A stretch of DNA of 58,897 nucleotides, counting the filler. It is 3 parts of 3 records of this genome, joined end to end, with 100 filler letters (N's around TTAATTAATTAA, not from the genome) between each part and the next. Parts side by side here need not be neighbours in the genome. Positions count along the whole stretch, not along the records: positions 1 to 20,015 come from DRR723986_1378; 2 more parts are not named here. One strand, given 5' to 3'. The first letter of the stretch is position 1. Every line of letters starts with the position of its first letter. Of the stretch, positions 1 to 10,484 are shown piece after piece. The notes below the pieces were generated by a model. It did no database searches, was not told where the DNA came from, and saw only the letters and a program-made list of their open reading frames with translations. A program made the position numbers and the translations under genes.

Positions 1-580
1 CTTCAACTCCTACGGCTCCCGCCGGGGCAATCACGAGGTGATGATGCGCGGCACCTTTGCCAACGTGCGCATACGCAATGAAATGCTCGACGGCGTGGAA
101 GGCGGTTTCACCAGATTTGTGCCCACCGGGGAACAAATTGCCATCTACGATGCCGCCATGAAGTACCAGGAGCAGGGCACGCCGCTGGTTGTGATTGCCG
201 GCAAGGAATACGGCACCGGCTCCAGTCGGGATTGGGCCGCCAAGGGCACCCGGTTGCTGGGCGTAAAAGCCGTGGTAGCGGAATCCTATGAGCGCATCCA
301 TCGCTCCAACCTTATTGGCATGGGCGTGATGCCGCTGCAATTCCCGGAGGGGACTGATCGCAAGAGCCTGAAACTCACCGGGGAGGAAACGATCAGCATT
401 CAGGGACTGTCTGGCGAGATCAAACCGGGCCAGACCCTGACCATGACGGTGAAATACAAGGATGGCTCTACCGAAACCTGCGAGCTGAAGTCACGGATTG
501 ATACTGCCAACGAGGCAGTGTATTTCCAGCATGGTGGTATCCTGCATTACGTGGTGCGGGAGATGCTGAAAAACGCCTAG
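1..580 (+). CDS. acnA: Aconitate hydratase A, C-terminal swivel domain (5' truncated at window edge)
   Basis: [39 protein letters not shown] and [14 protein letters not shown] are AcnA signatures; frame is open from the window start. Confidence 0.96.
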   Translation, partial: FNSYGSRRGNHEVMMRGTFANVRIRNEMLDGVEGGFTRFVPTGEQIAIYDAAMKYQEQGTPLVVIAGKEYGTGSSRDWAAKGTRLLGVKAVVAESYERIHRSNLIGMGVMPLQFPEGTDRKSLKLTGEETISIQGLSGEIKPGQTLTMTVKYKDGSTETCELKSRIDTANEAVYFQHGGILHYVVREMLKNA

Positions 581-2493
581 GTGGCCGGGACTTCCAGCCA
601 GAAGGTGGCTCCCTGGCCGGCTTCTGACGTGAAGTCGACGTCGCCATCCATCCTGGCCATCAGCTCTTTGGTGATGGCCAGGCCCAGGCCAGTGCCACCC
701 TTGCTGCGTCGATCCGAACTGTCGGCCTGGGAGAACTTCTGGAACATGCGCTCTCTGAATTCCGGAGCGATACCAGGTCCCTCGTCCTGCACGTAGATTC
801 GAAGCCCTTGGCCATGCGGTTTTGTCCAGATACGAATCTGGCCGTTGACCGGTGAGAACTTGATCGCGTTTGACAGGATGTTGTTGAGTGCCTGTGCCAA
901 CCTTTGTTTGTCCGCCTTAACCGTGGTTGTTGAAAGTTCTTGAACGTTGAGGGTGATGTTTTTTTCGGTGGCATAGTTCTGGATGTTTTCCAGACTTTCG
1001 GTGATCGCCTCAGACACAGAAAATTCGACCACATTGAAATCCATCTTGCCCGCTATCAGTTTCTCGATGTCCAGCAGGTCATTGATCAGAAAACCCAGCT
1101 GATCGCTGTTTCTTTGGGCGATCTTCAGCAATTGTTGTGCTTTTCCTGAAAGCTCTCCGACAGCATTGGTCGTTAACAGCGACAGCGCCCCGGAAATGGA
1201 GGTGAGGGGGGTTCTGAGTTCATGACTGACGGTCGAGATAAACTCGCTCTTTAATCGTTCCGCCTCTTTTCGTTGGGAGATGTCCTCGACGATGATCCAG
1301 ATAACGGATTCTTTTCCCTGAAGGTCCAGGCGCAAACCGTGGAGCATAATAGGGATAAAGGCGTTGTTTCTGATAGGAAAAAAGCCTTCAAGGCCACTGA
1401 AACGGAAGTGGGTTGCCAGTATTGAAGATACGCCGTGCTGCGAGTTTTTTGGTTTGCCAGATGAATCGTAGATGGCGTTGAAGTAGGAGAGCGCTACACC
1501 CTTTGATCCAAGAATTCGTGTGAAACTGGGGTTTGCCTGCAATAGCTCACCGTCAATGGCGTCGTAGAGAGCAATGCCGAAAGGTGCCAGGTCAAACAGT
1601 CCCCAGAACCTGCGCTGCATTTTACGATCATGGATGATGAGGGCTGTAATCCACAGGGTACCAGCGATAATGGTCAGAGTAGTCAGGGCAAGAATGCTGC
1701 GCAGCAACCATGGAGAGGCTGGATAATTCGGCCAGCCATCATCAGGTTGAGCGTACAGGTGCCAGGAAAACCCGGGCATGCTCATGGTCGACGAAACGGG
1801 CGATTGCCAATTGATGTTCTGCGGACCAAAGAATATGCCTTGATTAATGCTGCTGATTCCTGTGGTGGACAGGACGAACTGAAATTCAGGGGGCATCGTG
1901 TTGAGGCCGATTGAGGCATAAAGGCGCTCCAGATCCAGAATAGCGGAGATGACCCCCCAAGGTTTATCGGATTGGTTCTCGAAAATGGGGATACGCGCAG
2001 CCAGACCTTGTCCACCCTGAACCAGGTTTATGGGGCCGTTGAAAACGGCGCGCCGGGTTTCCAGAAGCAGAGCCATTTGCTCGCGAGAAAGACTCTGGGT
2101 TCGAAGATCCAGGCCGAGAGCGGCCTGATTGCCTTGGAGTGGGTAGATGTGCTTGATGACGAAGTCTGGCGCTAGCCCGATGTTCAATAGTTCTGGTGCC
2201 AGCTTGAAAATAACAGAAGCGAGTCGTTTGAACTGTGTCTCGTTGATGTCAGGCTGCACGGAAACGTTGGCGGCTAGTCCCCAAACGGTCTGAGTATTCT
2301 GCAGTATGCTGGCTCTGAGTTGCAGGCTAAGGTCATCGACCTGCTCCTGCCATTTCGCTCGGATGTCAGCTCGATGCCTTTCTGTCGCAGTTGAATCGAT
2401 TGCCAAAGCCAGTCCTATGGTGAGCAAACAAACGATTATCCGGGCCAGCCACACCAGGCTGAAGAAAATCTGTTCTTGTTTGTCGTTGCTCAT
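577..2493 (-). CDS. Membrane sensor histidine kinase (CHASE-like periplasmic domain, PAS-like domain, HisKA/HATPase)
   Basis: Two TM segments flank '[15 protein letters not shown]...GPINLVQGG' (CHASE-like); H-box [10 protein letters not shown]-box [11 protein letters not shown]-boxes DEGPGI and GTGLGL. Confidence 0.9.
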   Translation of the reverse strand: MSNDKQEQIFFSLVWLARIIVCLLTIGLALAIDSTATERHRADIRAKWQEQVDDLSLQLRASILQNTQTVWGLAANVSVQPDINETQFKRLASVIFKLAPELLNIGLAPDFVIKHIYPLQGNQAALGLDLRTQSLSREQMALLLETRRAVFNGPINLVQGGQGLAARIPIFENQSDKPWGVISAILDLERLYASIGLNTMPPEFQFVLSTTGISSINQGIFFGPQNINWQSPVSSTMSMPGFSWHLYAQPDDGWPNYPASPWLLRSILALTTLTIIAGTLWITALIIHDRKMQRRFWGLFDLAPFGIALYDAIDGELLQANPSFTRILGSKGVALSYFNAIYDSSGKPKNSQHGVSSILATHFRFSGLEGFFPIRNNAFIPIMLHGLRLDLQGKESVIWIIVEDISQRKEAERLKSEFISTVSHELRTPLTSISGALSLLTTNAVGELSGKAQQLLKIAQRNSDQLGFLINDLLDIEKLIAGKMDFNVVEFSVSEAITESLENIQNYATEKNITLNVQELSTTTVKADKQRLAQALNNILSNAIKFSPVNGQIRIWTKPHGQGLRIYVQDEGPGIAPEFRERMFQKFSQADSSDRRSKGGTGLGLAITKELMARMDGDVDFTSEAGQGATFWLEVPAT

Positions 2494-2502
2494 TTTAAAG
2501 CC

Positions 2503-4926
2503 TTAAGTCAGGGGTAACTCGAGCCAGAAGGTGGCGCCGTGCCCCTCTTGGGATTCGAATCCTACATTACCTTCCATTTGCATCATGATTTCCTGAGTGA
2601 TAGCCAGCCCAAGACCGGTACCGCCTTTACCACGGGTATCGGAGCTGTCAGCTTGGGCAAATTTCTGGAAGACCCGAGGTTTGAAACTATCGGGAATGCC
2701 CGGTCCTTCATCCTGCACAACAATACGAAGATGATCCTTCAGATGGCTGGTTTTCACAGATACGGTGCTGCCTTCAGGCGAGAACTTTATGGCATTGGAT
2801 AGCAGGTTGGTCAGGGCTTGGGTTAGTCGTTGCCTATCCACGTTGGCGTACACGTGAGGAAGGTTTTCATCCAGTGTCACGCATACTCTGTTATCGCTCG
2901 CGTAAGATCTTAAACGGTCTACGATTTCATGAAGCAAAGGGGGCAAAAATTCACTGGAGATATGCATGCGCATTTTGCCGGAGACGAGCTTTTCGATGTC
3001 CAGAAGGTCATCTACGAGCTGCCTGAGGTGATTGCTGTTTCGATGAGCAATGCTAAGTACGCGTTCTAAAGGTTCGGGAAGGCTGCCCAATGCTCCGCCT
3101 GTGACCAGCCCCAGAGAGCCGCTGATAGCGGTTAAAGGTGTTCGGAGCTCATGACTGACGGTAGAGATAAACTCATTTTTCATTTTCTCCACTTTTTTTC
3201 GTTCGGATATATCTTCGACCAACGTCCAGACCAGAGAACGACCTGTTACGCTCGTGATGCGCATGCCCCGGATAACGACAGGATATCGAGTATTGTTCTC
3301 GCCAATGAATTCCAGTTCGCAAGGGCCGAATCGGCCGGCTTCGCGAAGCTCTTTGATGATTTCTTTTGCTTTTTGTTTCCTGTCATCAGGAATCAGTTCA
3401 AGCACGGACATATCACCAAGCCGTTCTCGTTTGAGCCCCGTGGGCACCAGGAAGGCTTCATTGACGTCCAGGAATCGTCCGCTGCTGTAATCGTTTAACG
3501 AGATTCCGATTGGCGATAACTCATAGAGCCTTCGGAGCTCGTCTTCGCTTTCCTTCAGCGCCAGTTCGATTCTTTTTTTCTCATCAATATCTGCTATATA
3601 TCCGTGCCAGACGATGCTGTTGTCGGCCAAAAGTTCGGGAGAGGCTTTGCCCTCAACCCACCTCCAGCCGACATCACGATGCCGAACTCGGTATTGGGAA
3701 TGCCATTCGGAGAGTGTCCTGGCAGATTCTTCAATGCTCTTGGCGATATTATCGAGATCGTCTGGATGAATTCTTTCAAAAACAACGGATGCGTCTTTCT
3801 GAACCTGCTCTGCCTTAACTCCGTAGATGTCTTGAATACGATCACTCGAGAATGGAAAGGATGCGTGACCGTCTGGCCATAGCCGGTATTGATAAAGCAT
3901 GCCCGGCGTGTTGGCTACGAGTTTCTCAAGGGTTTCGGCCTGGCGGGACCTCTGAACACTATCCCCTATCCATCGAGCCAACAGATTAACGAACATTTTT
4001 TCGGTTTCACTGAAAGGAGCGGTACGCGGTTTTGGGGAGGAAAAATTCAGCGTTCCGAATAACTCGTCGTCAATCCAGATAGGGGCCGCCAGGTAGCTTT
4101 CCAGTTTGAATGCCTGGTAACACGCGTGGTCCCGGTATCTGGACTTTGCCATATGGTTGATTCCCAGGACCTCTCCTTTTTCGAGAAGAATAGAGCAATA
4201 AGTCTTGTCGAGCGGCATAGTAAAGCCGTTATCAAGTGTCTGATCTCGCCTCTGATGGTGCCACAGCACCGTGTATGCATCGCCGGTTACTTCGCTGACA
4301 ATACCTGTTTCGGTTCCAAGGTATTGGTTGGCTTTCTCCAGGGCGTCGACAATCGCCTGCTCTAGATCAGCGGTTGATTCCAGTGCGATGTCGTTGAGAA
4401 TATTCAGTGCTTTGGTGCGCTCGCTGAAATAACTGCCCAGCTCCTGAAACTGGAATTCGCGCTCGATGATGTCGGCAAGATCTCGGAGGTTTTGACGGGC
4501 ATCTGGTTCCAGACAGCGGGGCTTTTTGTCAATAATGCACAAAGTCCCAATGTGGTAACCGGAGCGATCTCTGAGCAGGGCACCCGCGTAAAAACGGATG
4601 TGGGGGTCTCCGGTTACCAGCGGGTTGTCTGCAAACCGGTCATCTCCCAGGGCATCTTCAACGACGAACGTTTCTTTGCCGAGGATGGCATGGCCACAAA
4701 ATGAAATGTCTCGACCGGTTTCGCGAACCCCCAGGCCGAAGCAGGATTTGAACCATTGTCGGTCTCTGTCGACCAGAGACACCAATGCGATAGGTACATC
4801 AAACATGCTTGCTGCAAGACGGGTGATTCTGTCGAATCGTTCCTCTGGGGACGTATCAAGAAGCTCGGTGGCTTCCAGTGCAGAGAGGCGTTCTGCTTCG
4901 TTTGCCGGTGAGTCAGGTGTTTTCAT
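2503..4926 (-). CDS. Cytoplasmic GAF-GAF-PAS-PAS sensor histidine kinase
   Basis: N-terminal GAF (EERFDRITRLA...QWFKS...SFCGHAI), second GAF, PAS (RIHPDD), then [21 protein letters not shown]. Start moved from 5001 to ATG 4926 (GAGG upstream, short overlap with upstream gene). Confidence 0.9.
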   Translation of the reverse strand: MKTPDSPANEAERLSALEATELLDTSPEERFDRITRLAASMFDVPIALVSLVDRDRQWFKSCFGLGVRETGRDISFCGHAILGKETFVVEDALGDDRFADNPLVTGDPHIRFYAGALLRDRSGYHIGTLCIIDKKPRCLEPDARQNLRDLADIIEREFQFQELGSYFSERTKALNILNDIALESTADLEQAIVDALEKANQYLGTETGIVSEVTGDAYTVLWHHQRRDQTLDNGFTMPLDKTYCSILLEKGEVLGINHMAKSRYRDHACYQAFKLESYLAAPIWIDDELFGTLNFSSPKPRTAPFSETEKMFVNLLARWIGDSVQRSRQAETLEKLVANTPGMLYQYRLWPDGHASFPFSSDRIQDIYGVKAEQVQKDASVVFERIHPDDLDNIAKSIEESARTLSEWHSQYRVRHRDVGWRWVEGKASPELLADNSIVWHGYIADIDEKKRIELALKESEDELRRLYELSPIGISLNDYSSGRFLDVNEAFLVPTGLKRERLGDMSVLELIPDDRKQKAKEIIKELREAGRFGPCELEFIGENNTRYPVVIRGMRITSVTGRSLVWTLVEDISERKKVEKMKNEFISTVSHELRTPLTAISGSLGLVTGGALGSLPEPLERVLSIAHRNSNHLRQLVDDLLDIEKLVSGKMRMHISSEFLPPLLHEIVDRLRSYASDNRVCVTLDENLPHVYANVDRQRLTQALTNLLSNAIKFSPEGSTVSVKTSHLKDHLRIVVQDEGPGIPDSFKPRVFQKFAQADSSDTRGKGGTGLGLAITQEIMMQMEGNVGFESQEGHGATFWLELPLT

Positions 4927-6700
4927 GGAGCACCTCTGTGTTGCTGCTGGGGCATGGAAGTTCAATCCAGAAATGGGCTCCGGCTCGATAGTAGTAACCA
5001 ACCTCTCCTTCCATTAGTTCAGCCAGCTCTCGGCAAATGGCAAGCCCAAGGCCTGTGCCTGACCTGGAATGCCTTGAAACGGAGTCAGCTTGTGAAAAAC
5101 GATCAAAAAGTCTTGGCAGGAATGACTCCGGAACTCCGTTGCCCTGGTCGGATACGGTAATTCTGATCATGTCATAACCCGTTGCCTCGCCGACCACGTT
5201 CACGGTGCTGCCTTCGGGGGAGAACTTGATTGCGTTGCTCAGGAAATTGTCGAGTACCTGGCGAAGACGCTGTTCGTCAGCCCAGACCTTCGCGGCATGA
5301 GGTGCTACGTTGTATGAGCATTCAACCCCATAACTGTGAGCCATGCCACGATTACCGTCCACGGCTTGGCTCAGGGCCTCATGCATATCTATCGTGCATG
5401 GGTAGACTGATAGCTTTCCGACAAGAGCTTTATTGAAATCCAGCAAGTCAGAAATCAAGTGTTGCAGTTGATCACTGTTGCGTAGCGCAATGGTAAGCAC
5501 CTCCTGGGCTTTTTCCGGTAACGTGCCGGCGGCCCCCGCGCTCAACAGTTTTAGTGATCCGTTAATGGAAGTCAGTGGGGTTCGCAATTCATGGCTCACG
5601 GTCGAGACAAACTCGTCTTTCATCTCGTCGAGGGATTCTCTTTCTTCCATGAGCTGATTGAAAGCCAGTGCCAGATTCCGTGTTTCTGGTGGGCCTTTGG
5701 GAGGCAAGCGCCTATGCCCTGAAGTCTTCTGGATCATGTCACGAATGCGTAAGGACATGGTTTCAAGGGACGCCGTTGCAGTTTTTGCCGCTATCCAAGC
5801 CAGAATGCTGATTACGAGAATCACCAGTACACTGAGCTGCAAAAAACTGCTGAATGAAGCTCGCGCCGGACCAGTTACGCGGTCATAGGGTTCTGCTCTG
5901 AGGAAGAGCCATCCAACGCGATCAAGATGCTTTGTTGCGTAGACCCAGCGTTTGCCCGTGGCATCCTCAACAATGCCTGTGGATACACCGGAGAGCGCTG
6001 CGTCAATGATCGCATCCTCGCCCGGCGGTGGGAGATCAGGCATAGGTGTGCCGGGTCGTAGAGAGTCGACCTGTGTGAAGTGGCTGGTATCCAGTATTTT
6101 GAAAATGACGTCTTCCTCTTCCTCCAGGGTTTCGGGGATAACCCCTGAGGCGGCCAGATTGATAACGCCACCAGCAAGACCAAGCAGATCTCCTTCGTCG
6201 GATTCTATAGGTGCCAGAAAAGACAGCAGAGGCAGTCCGGTTGTCCGCCCGATAATTGGGCGACTGACTACGGGACGTCTGCTGCCGATGGCCTCACGAA
6301 AATGCGGACGATCGGCATAGGATGTGCCTAACCGATTCGGTACGAATAGGTTCTCTGCGATAGCAACACCATTTTCGTCGAAAACTAGTAGTCCGGCTCG
6401 AAAATACGCGTTGAGACGGTCCTGGCGTCCCAGGAGCTCAGAAATTCGAAGCGTCGGGAGAAGCCTGTCGCCGTCGGTAAGAAATTCCGAAAAAGCATGA
6501 AGTGCGTCCAGTCGAATCTGAAGCTCCTGATCAACCATGCGTGCTGCAGATTCGGTTTCCAGAAGTTGTCTCTGGGTCAGGACGTTCTCAAAGTCTTGCA
6601 CTACCCCGTTGTAAGCTATTAGCAGCACTGCGGTTACTGCCGTAATACTGGTTGTTATGGTGAGTAACGTGACGCGAAGACCAAGGGATAAGGTTTTCAA
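4913..6700 (-). CDS. Membrane sensor histidine kinase (dCache-like, HAMP, HisKA/HATPase)
   Basis: TM, 'YADRPHFREA...VSRPIIGRTTG' Cache-type motif, TM, HAMP (ETRNLALAFNQL), [18 protein letters not shown] start. Confidence 0.88.
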   Translation of the reverse strand: MKTLSLGLRVTLLTITTSITAVTAVLLIAYNGVVQDFENVLTQRQLLETESAARMVDQELQIRLDALHAFSEFLTDGDRLLPTLRISELLGRQDRLNAYFRAGLLVFDENGVAIAENLFVPNRLGTSYADRPHFREAIGSRRPVVSRPIIGRTTGLPLLSFLAPIESDEGDLLGLAGGVINLAASGVIPETLEEEEDVIFKILDTSHFTQVDSLRPGTPMPDLPPPGEDAIIDAALSGVSTGIVEDATGKRWVYATKHLDRVGWLFLRAEPYDRVTGPARASFSSFLQLSVLVILVISILAWIAAKTATASLETMSLRIRDMIQKTSGHRRLPPKGPPETRNLALAFNQLMEERESLDEMKDEFVSTVSHELRTPLTSINGSLKLLSAGAAGTLPEKAQEVLTIALRNSDQLQHLISDLLDFNKALVGKLSVYPCTIDMHEALSQAVDGNRGMAHSYGVECSYNVAPHAAKVWADEQRLRQVLDNFLSNAIKFSPEGSTVNVVGEATGYDMIRITVSDQGNGVPESFLPRLFDRFSQADSVSRHSRSGTGLGLAICRELAELMEGEVGYYYRAGAHFWIELPCPSSNTEVLHENT

Positions 6701-6798
6701 AAGTATTCCTTAATGGCGTGGTCGACAACTGGAAAACATGCTTTGATAGAGCTTAGAGTATTTCCATAGCCGACAAAACCGAAGCTTGGGGTGTTTTT

Positions 6799-8490
6799 TT
6801 GGATAGCCGACAGCAGGAACAAATAGCGAATCGACTGAAAGTTCTCAAAAGTCGATTCATTGAGCGCCTCGAAGGTGAATTGGTCGATCTGGAAAAGCTT
6901 GCAAGGCGGCTTGATGATGGAACGGCCAGTGCTGAAGAACTTCTCAGTTGCAGCCAGCGTTTACATCAACTAGCAGGATCTGCAGGAACCTTCGGTTTTC
7001 CAGAGCTTGGACAATGTGCCCGGGATCTCGAGAAGCGTTTCAAAGGGTTTTTGGGATGTGATCCGGAGCAAGGCAGCACGCAAAAGCCTGACGTGCTGGA
7101 ATTGTCTTCAGGTCTGTGGGCGTTGATTTCGATGGCCAATGCTCAAGGTCCTGAGTTGGCGGGAATTGCCAATGTTAGCTCGCCTGAGATGCCTGATCCG
7201 GATTCTCATGGTATGCAGGTTCGTCTGCTGATGATCACGGATGGCGATCGGTATGACCAGTTGGAAACGTTATCGTCAGATCTCAAGCGATATGGGTTTG
7301 ACGTTTTGGTGAGTGAACTCGCCGCATTTGGTGGCACTGCGGGAAAACTGCCAGATACTGTGTCGGACTATTCCGCAATTATCTGCCACTATCTCGAGGT
7401 AGACAAAGTTGCAGACGTCGTAACGGAGATAGATGTTGATCCGTATCGTTCTTTCCCGCCCATTTTATGTGTCGGTCACGAAGATGGATTCCAGAGCCGT
7501 TACCGTGTTGCGGATTATGGCGGTCGGGCTTTCTTCCCTGAGCCCATCGACTTGCCAGAACTGGTCGAGCGCATTGAGTCCCTTGTCGAAGAGCGAGTCG
7601 CGGGACTTCAAGCCCGTGTCATGATTGTAGATGATGATCAGGAACTGGCTGAGCATTATTGCCTGGTTCTGGAATCTGTGGGCGTTAAGGCGCGAGCTGT
7701 GTCCGATCCGCTGGTGTTAATGGAGGAGCTGCACAGCTTTGAGCCCGAGTTACTGCTTATGGACATCGAACTCGGCGAATATTCGGGAGTGGCGCTGGCA
7801 CGAATGGTCCGCTTTCAGGCTCGTTGGCTCAGCCTGCCTATCATTTATCTCTCGTCAGAGGACGATCCCGAGCGCCAGCTCAAGGCGTTATCCGGAGGTG
7901 CTGATGAGTTTCTGGTAAAACCAGTCTCTGACGATTATCTGATTCGCTCGGTAAAAATGCGCTGTCACCGGGCGCGTCAGCTCTCGGATTTGATGAATCG
8001 AGACAGCCTGACTCGGCTCCTCAAGCACTCATTGATCAAGCAGGAAGTTGAACGGGAAAGAGTTCGCTGTCGGCGCGGTGGCTATCAGGCCGTTACCGTT
8101 CTGCTAGACATTGATCATTTCAAGCGCGTCAACGATACCTGGGGGCACGGTCAGGGTGACGTTGTCATTCGAACGCTTGCTAACTTACTTCGCAACCGTT
8201 TGCGTGAGTCAGATGCCATAGGTCGGTATGGCGGCGAGGAGTTTCTGGTTGTACTTCCCCAGTGCGACGCACGGGCAGCCTGTGCGTTAGTGCAACGGAT
8301 TCTGGAGAGCTTCAGAGAGTTGGAGTTTGCTGTGGCAGACACTGTGTTCAAGGTTACCTTTAGTGCCGGTATCGCACAGCTCAATGATTTTGATGACGGA
8401 GATCAGGCTATCGAAGCCGCCGATCGGGCACTCTATGCCCAGAAACGTGGTGGCCGGAATGGCGTCACAGTCTATCACTCCGGACTCTAG
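6799..8490 (+). CDS. Hpt-REC(degenerate)-REC-GGDEF diguanylate cyclase
   Basis: Hpt motif LHQLAGSAGTFG; second receiver has IVDDD and LLMD; GGEEF active site preceded by RxxD I-site (RESD). Confidence 0.9.
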   Translation: MDSRQQEQIANRLKVLKSRFIERLEGELVDLEKLARRLDDGTASAEELLSCSQRLHQLAGSAGTFGFPELGQCARDLEKRFKGFLGCDPEQGSTQKPDVLELSSGLWALISMANAQGPELAGIANVSSPEMPDPDSHGMQVRLLMITDGDRYDQLETLSSDLKRYGFDVLVSELAAFGGTAGKLPDTVSDYSAIICHYLEVDKVADVVTEIDVDPYRSFPPILCVGHEDGFQSRYRVADYGGRAFFPEPIDLPELVERIESLVEERVAGLQARVMIVDDDQELAEHYCLVLESVGVKARAVSDPLVLMEELHSFEPELLLMDIELGEYSGVALARMVRFQARWLSLPIIYLSSEDDPERQLKALSGGADEFLVKPVSDDYLIRSVKMRCHRARQLSDLMNRDSLTRLLKHSLIKQEVERERVRCRRGGYQAVTVLLDIDHFKRVNDTWGHGQGDVVIRTLANLLRNRLRESDAIGRYGGEEFLVVLPQCDARAACALVQRILESFRELEFAVADTVFKVTFSAGIAQLNDFDDGDQAIEAADRALYAQKRGGRNGVTVYHSGL

Positions 8491-8503
8491 TATGAGGTAA
8501 ATC

Positions 8504-9616
8504 TTGAGAGCATTGGTGCTTGAAGACGATGACTTGTTTGGCGAGCTGTTGGAAACGGTTCTTGCCGGATCTGGCCGAAGTGTCGATGTAACGGTGTGTA
8601 GTTCTCTTACTGAGGCGTATATGGCGCTAGGAGGAGGGTTCGATCTTGTTGTCACAGATTGGAATCTGCCCGATGGTTCAGGCCTGGATTTCGTTAAGAA
8701 GATCCGGAGCCAGGATAAGCAGGTCCCGGTGGTTGTTGTTTCAGCAAGGGCCGACCGCGAGTCTGTCTTGAAAGCAGCACACTATGGCATCAATGGATAC
8801 ATTACAAAGCCGGTAGATATCAACCTCCTTCATTCGCGATTGGCTCAGTTCTTTCCTGTTAAGGGACAGGAACAGGCCAGTGTTTCTGAGTATCTGGAAG
8901 CGTCTCTTGGGCGGGTGGTTCAGCTCTCCTCCGGGATGGATCTTGTGGAGCTTCTTAAGCTAATTGATCGAGAGAGCGAGCTCTCCCCTGCTCAATTGGC
9001 TGAACGTTGGAGAGACGAGCCAGCATTGACCGCAAGATTGCTCGATGTTGCCAACAGTACGTCGTTCCGCCGTACCGGGCAGCCAGTTGAGAGTCTCCGC
9101 GATGCGATTAGCTCCATCGGGGTGGCCATGTCGCTGAATCAAGCCCTGGCTCTATCGTTGGATGTGTCCGGATCGGTAAGGCTCGAACCCTTGAAAGAGA
9201 TCGCTGAGGCGGTAAATCAGAATATTCTGAGAGTATCGCAGTCGGCACGCGAACTGGCGATTAAGCTTGGCTTGCAGCCGGCAATTTTCCAACAAGCAGC
9301 TTTGCTCAGTCGTCTTGGAGAGTTGGCGGTGATTAAGGTGCTCGACGTTTTTCATGCCTCTGGTGGGCAGGTCGAGGAAGACCAACTGGAAAAACTGGTG
9401 GAAGATTGGTCGAAACCGTTCGGGAACCGTTTGAAAGTTCAGTGGCATTTGCCGCTTGGCCTCAGAGAGTTGATCGGCGCTGTTCATGTGTTGCCCGGCG
9501 ACAGTACCCAGGATCGCCAACTGATTATGAGAGCTGCCGCTCTGGCGGCTCGTGATGAGCCAGACAACGAGGAATACCAGCGTCTCATTCGGCGGTTGGG
9601 GCTGGATAAACCATAG
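8504..9616 (+). CDS. Response regulator with HDOD domain
   Basis: Receiver (LEDD...VTDWNLP...KP) then HDOD 'PALTARLLDVANS...SLRDAISSIG'; HD dyad replaced by SR. Confidence 0.85.
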   Translation: MRALVLEDDDLFGELLETVLAGSGRSVDVTVCSSLTEAYMALGGGFDLVVTDWNLPDGSGLDFVKKIRSQDKQVPVVVVSARADRESVLKAAHYGINGYITKPVDINLLHSRLAQFFPVKGQEQASVSEYLEASLGRVVQLSSGMDLVELLKLIDRESELSPAQLAERWRDEPALTARLLDVANSTSFRRTGQPVESLRDAISSIGVAMSLNQALALSLDVSGSVRLEPLKEIAEAVNQNILRVSQSARELAIKLGLQPAIFQQAALLSRLGELAVIKVLDVFHASGGQVEEDQLEKLVEDWSKPFGNRLKVQWHLPLGLRELIGAVHVLPGDSTQDRQLIMRAAALAARDEPDNEEYQRLIRRLGLDKP

Positions 9617-9631
9617 ATTTTCGGGAGCATT

Positions 9632-10033
9632 ATGGACGCGTCGACCAACACAGTGGAGAGAATTCTTTACGTTGAAGATGATCCTGATATACGAAGTATC
9701 GCTGAACTGTCATTGAGGGATGTCGGCGGCTTTGAGGTGTGTTTGTGTGAATCGGGTTCCGAAGCCCTGAAACTCATTGCGGACTTTGATCCGGATCTGG
9801 TTTTACTGGATGTAATGATGCCGGGTATGGATGGGCCTCAGACTCTGAAAGCCCTGCAGCAGCGCCCGGAGGGGCTGAATATTCCAGTTATCTTTATGAC
9901 CGCTCGTTTGCAGCCCTCGGAAATTGAGGAATACCGGTCGCTGGGCGCCATTGGTGTCATTCCGAAACCCTTTGATCCCATGACTCTGGCCGATGATATC
10001 CGGCGTCTGGTGGCCGACAACCCGGAGCGTTGA
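9632..10033 (+). CDS. Single-domain response regulator
   Basis: VEDD...LLDVMMPGMDG...FMTA...KPFDP; 133 aa with no output domain. Confidence 0.92.
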   Translation: MDASTNTVERILYVEDDPDIRSIAELSLRDVGGFEVCLCESGSEALKLIADFDPDLVLLDVMMPGMDGPQTLKALQQRPEGLNIPVIFMTARLQPSEIEEYRSLGAIGVIPKPFDPMTLADDIRRLVADNPER

Positions 10034-10102
10034 ACCGGATGCGTCGTCATCGGTTTTAGGGTAGGCTGGCGCCCCGCAAATGAACTGATCACCGAGGTTG
10101 TC

Positions 10103-10423
10103 ATGTCATCCCCCCAGTCGCCGGACGAAATCAAGGCCAAGCTCAACCTGGAGACCTCCCGCATTCACTGGCATGAGCTGCAAACCTATTATGCCAGGGG
10201 CCAGGTAGTGCGAGTGGCGCCAGAGCTGGACCTGCTGAATGTGGCGGCCCAGTTGGCGGCGGACAACAAGGCGCAGTTCGAGCACTGGATGTCCGGTGGG
10301 CAGGTGGGTGAGGTGGCACCGGACCTCGCGCGCGCCTGGTACGACCGCAATGCGGAACTCTGGGCAGTCGTCATTGCCCCCTGGGTGCTGGTACAGGACC
10401 GTTCTGGTGAGCGTCTTCACTGA
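10103..10423 (+). CDS. DUF2288 family protein
   Basis: KLNLETSRIHWHELQ...LDLLNVA...WAVVIAPWVLVQ matches the family pattern as recalled. Confidence 0.8.
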   Translation: MSSPQSPDEIKAKLNLETSRIHWHELQTYYARGQVVRVAPELDLLNVAAQLAADNKAQFEHWMSGGQVGEVAPDLARAWYDRNAELWAVVIAPWVLVQDRSGERLH

Positions 10424-10484
10424 ACGTCCCCGGTTTTCTCCCTAGCTGTCCTGCTCTTTATCCCTGTATTCGTTCGAGGTTTTC

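Noticed and set aside
577..5600. Similar kinase-core DNA in three adjacent genes as a mobile repeat
   Set aside because: Similarity follows HisKA/HATPase motifs with many synonymous differences, so it is paralogy.
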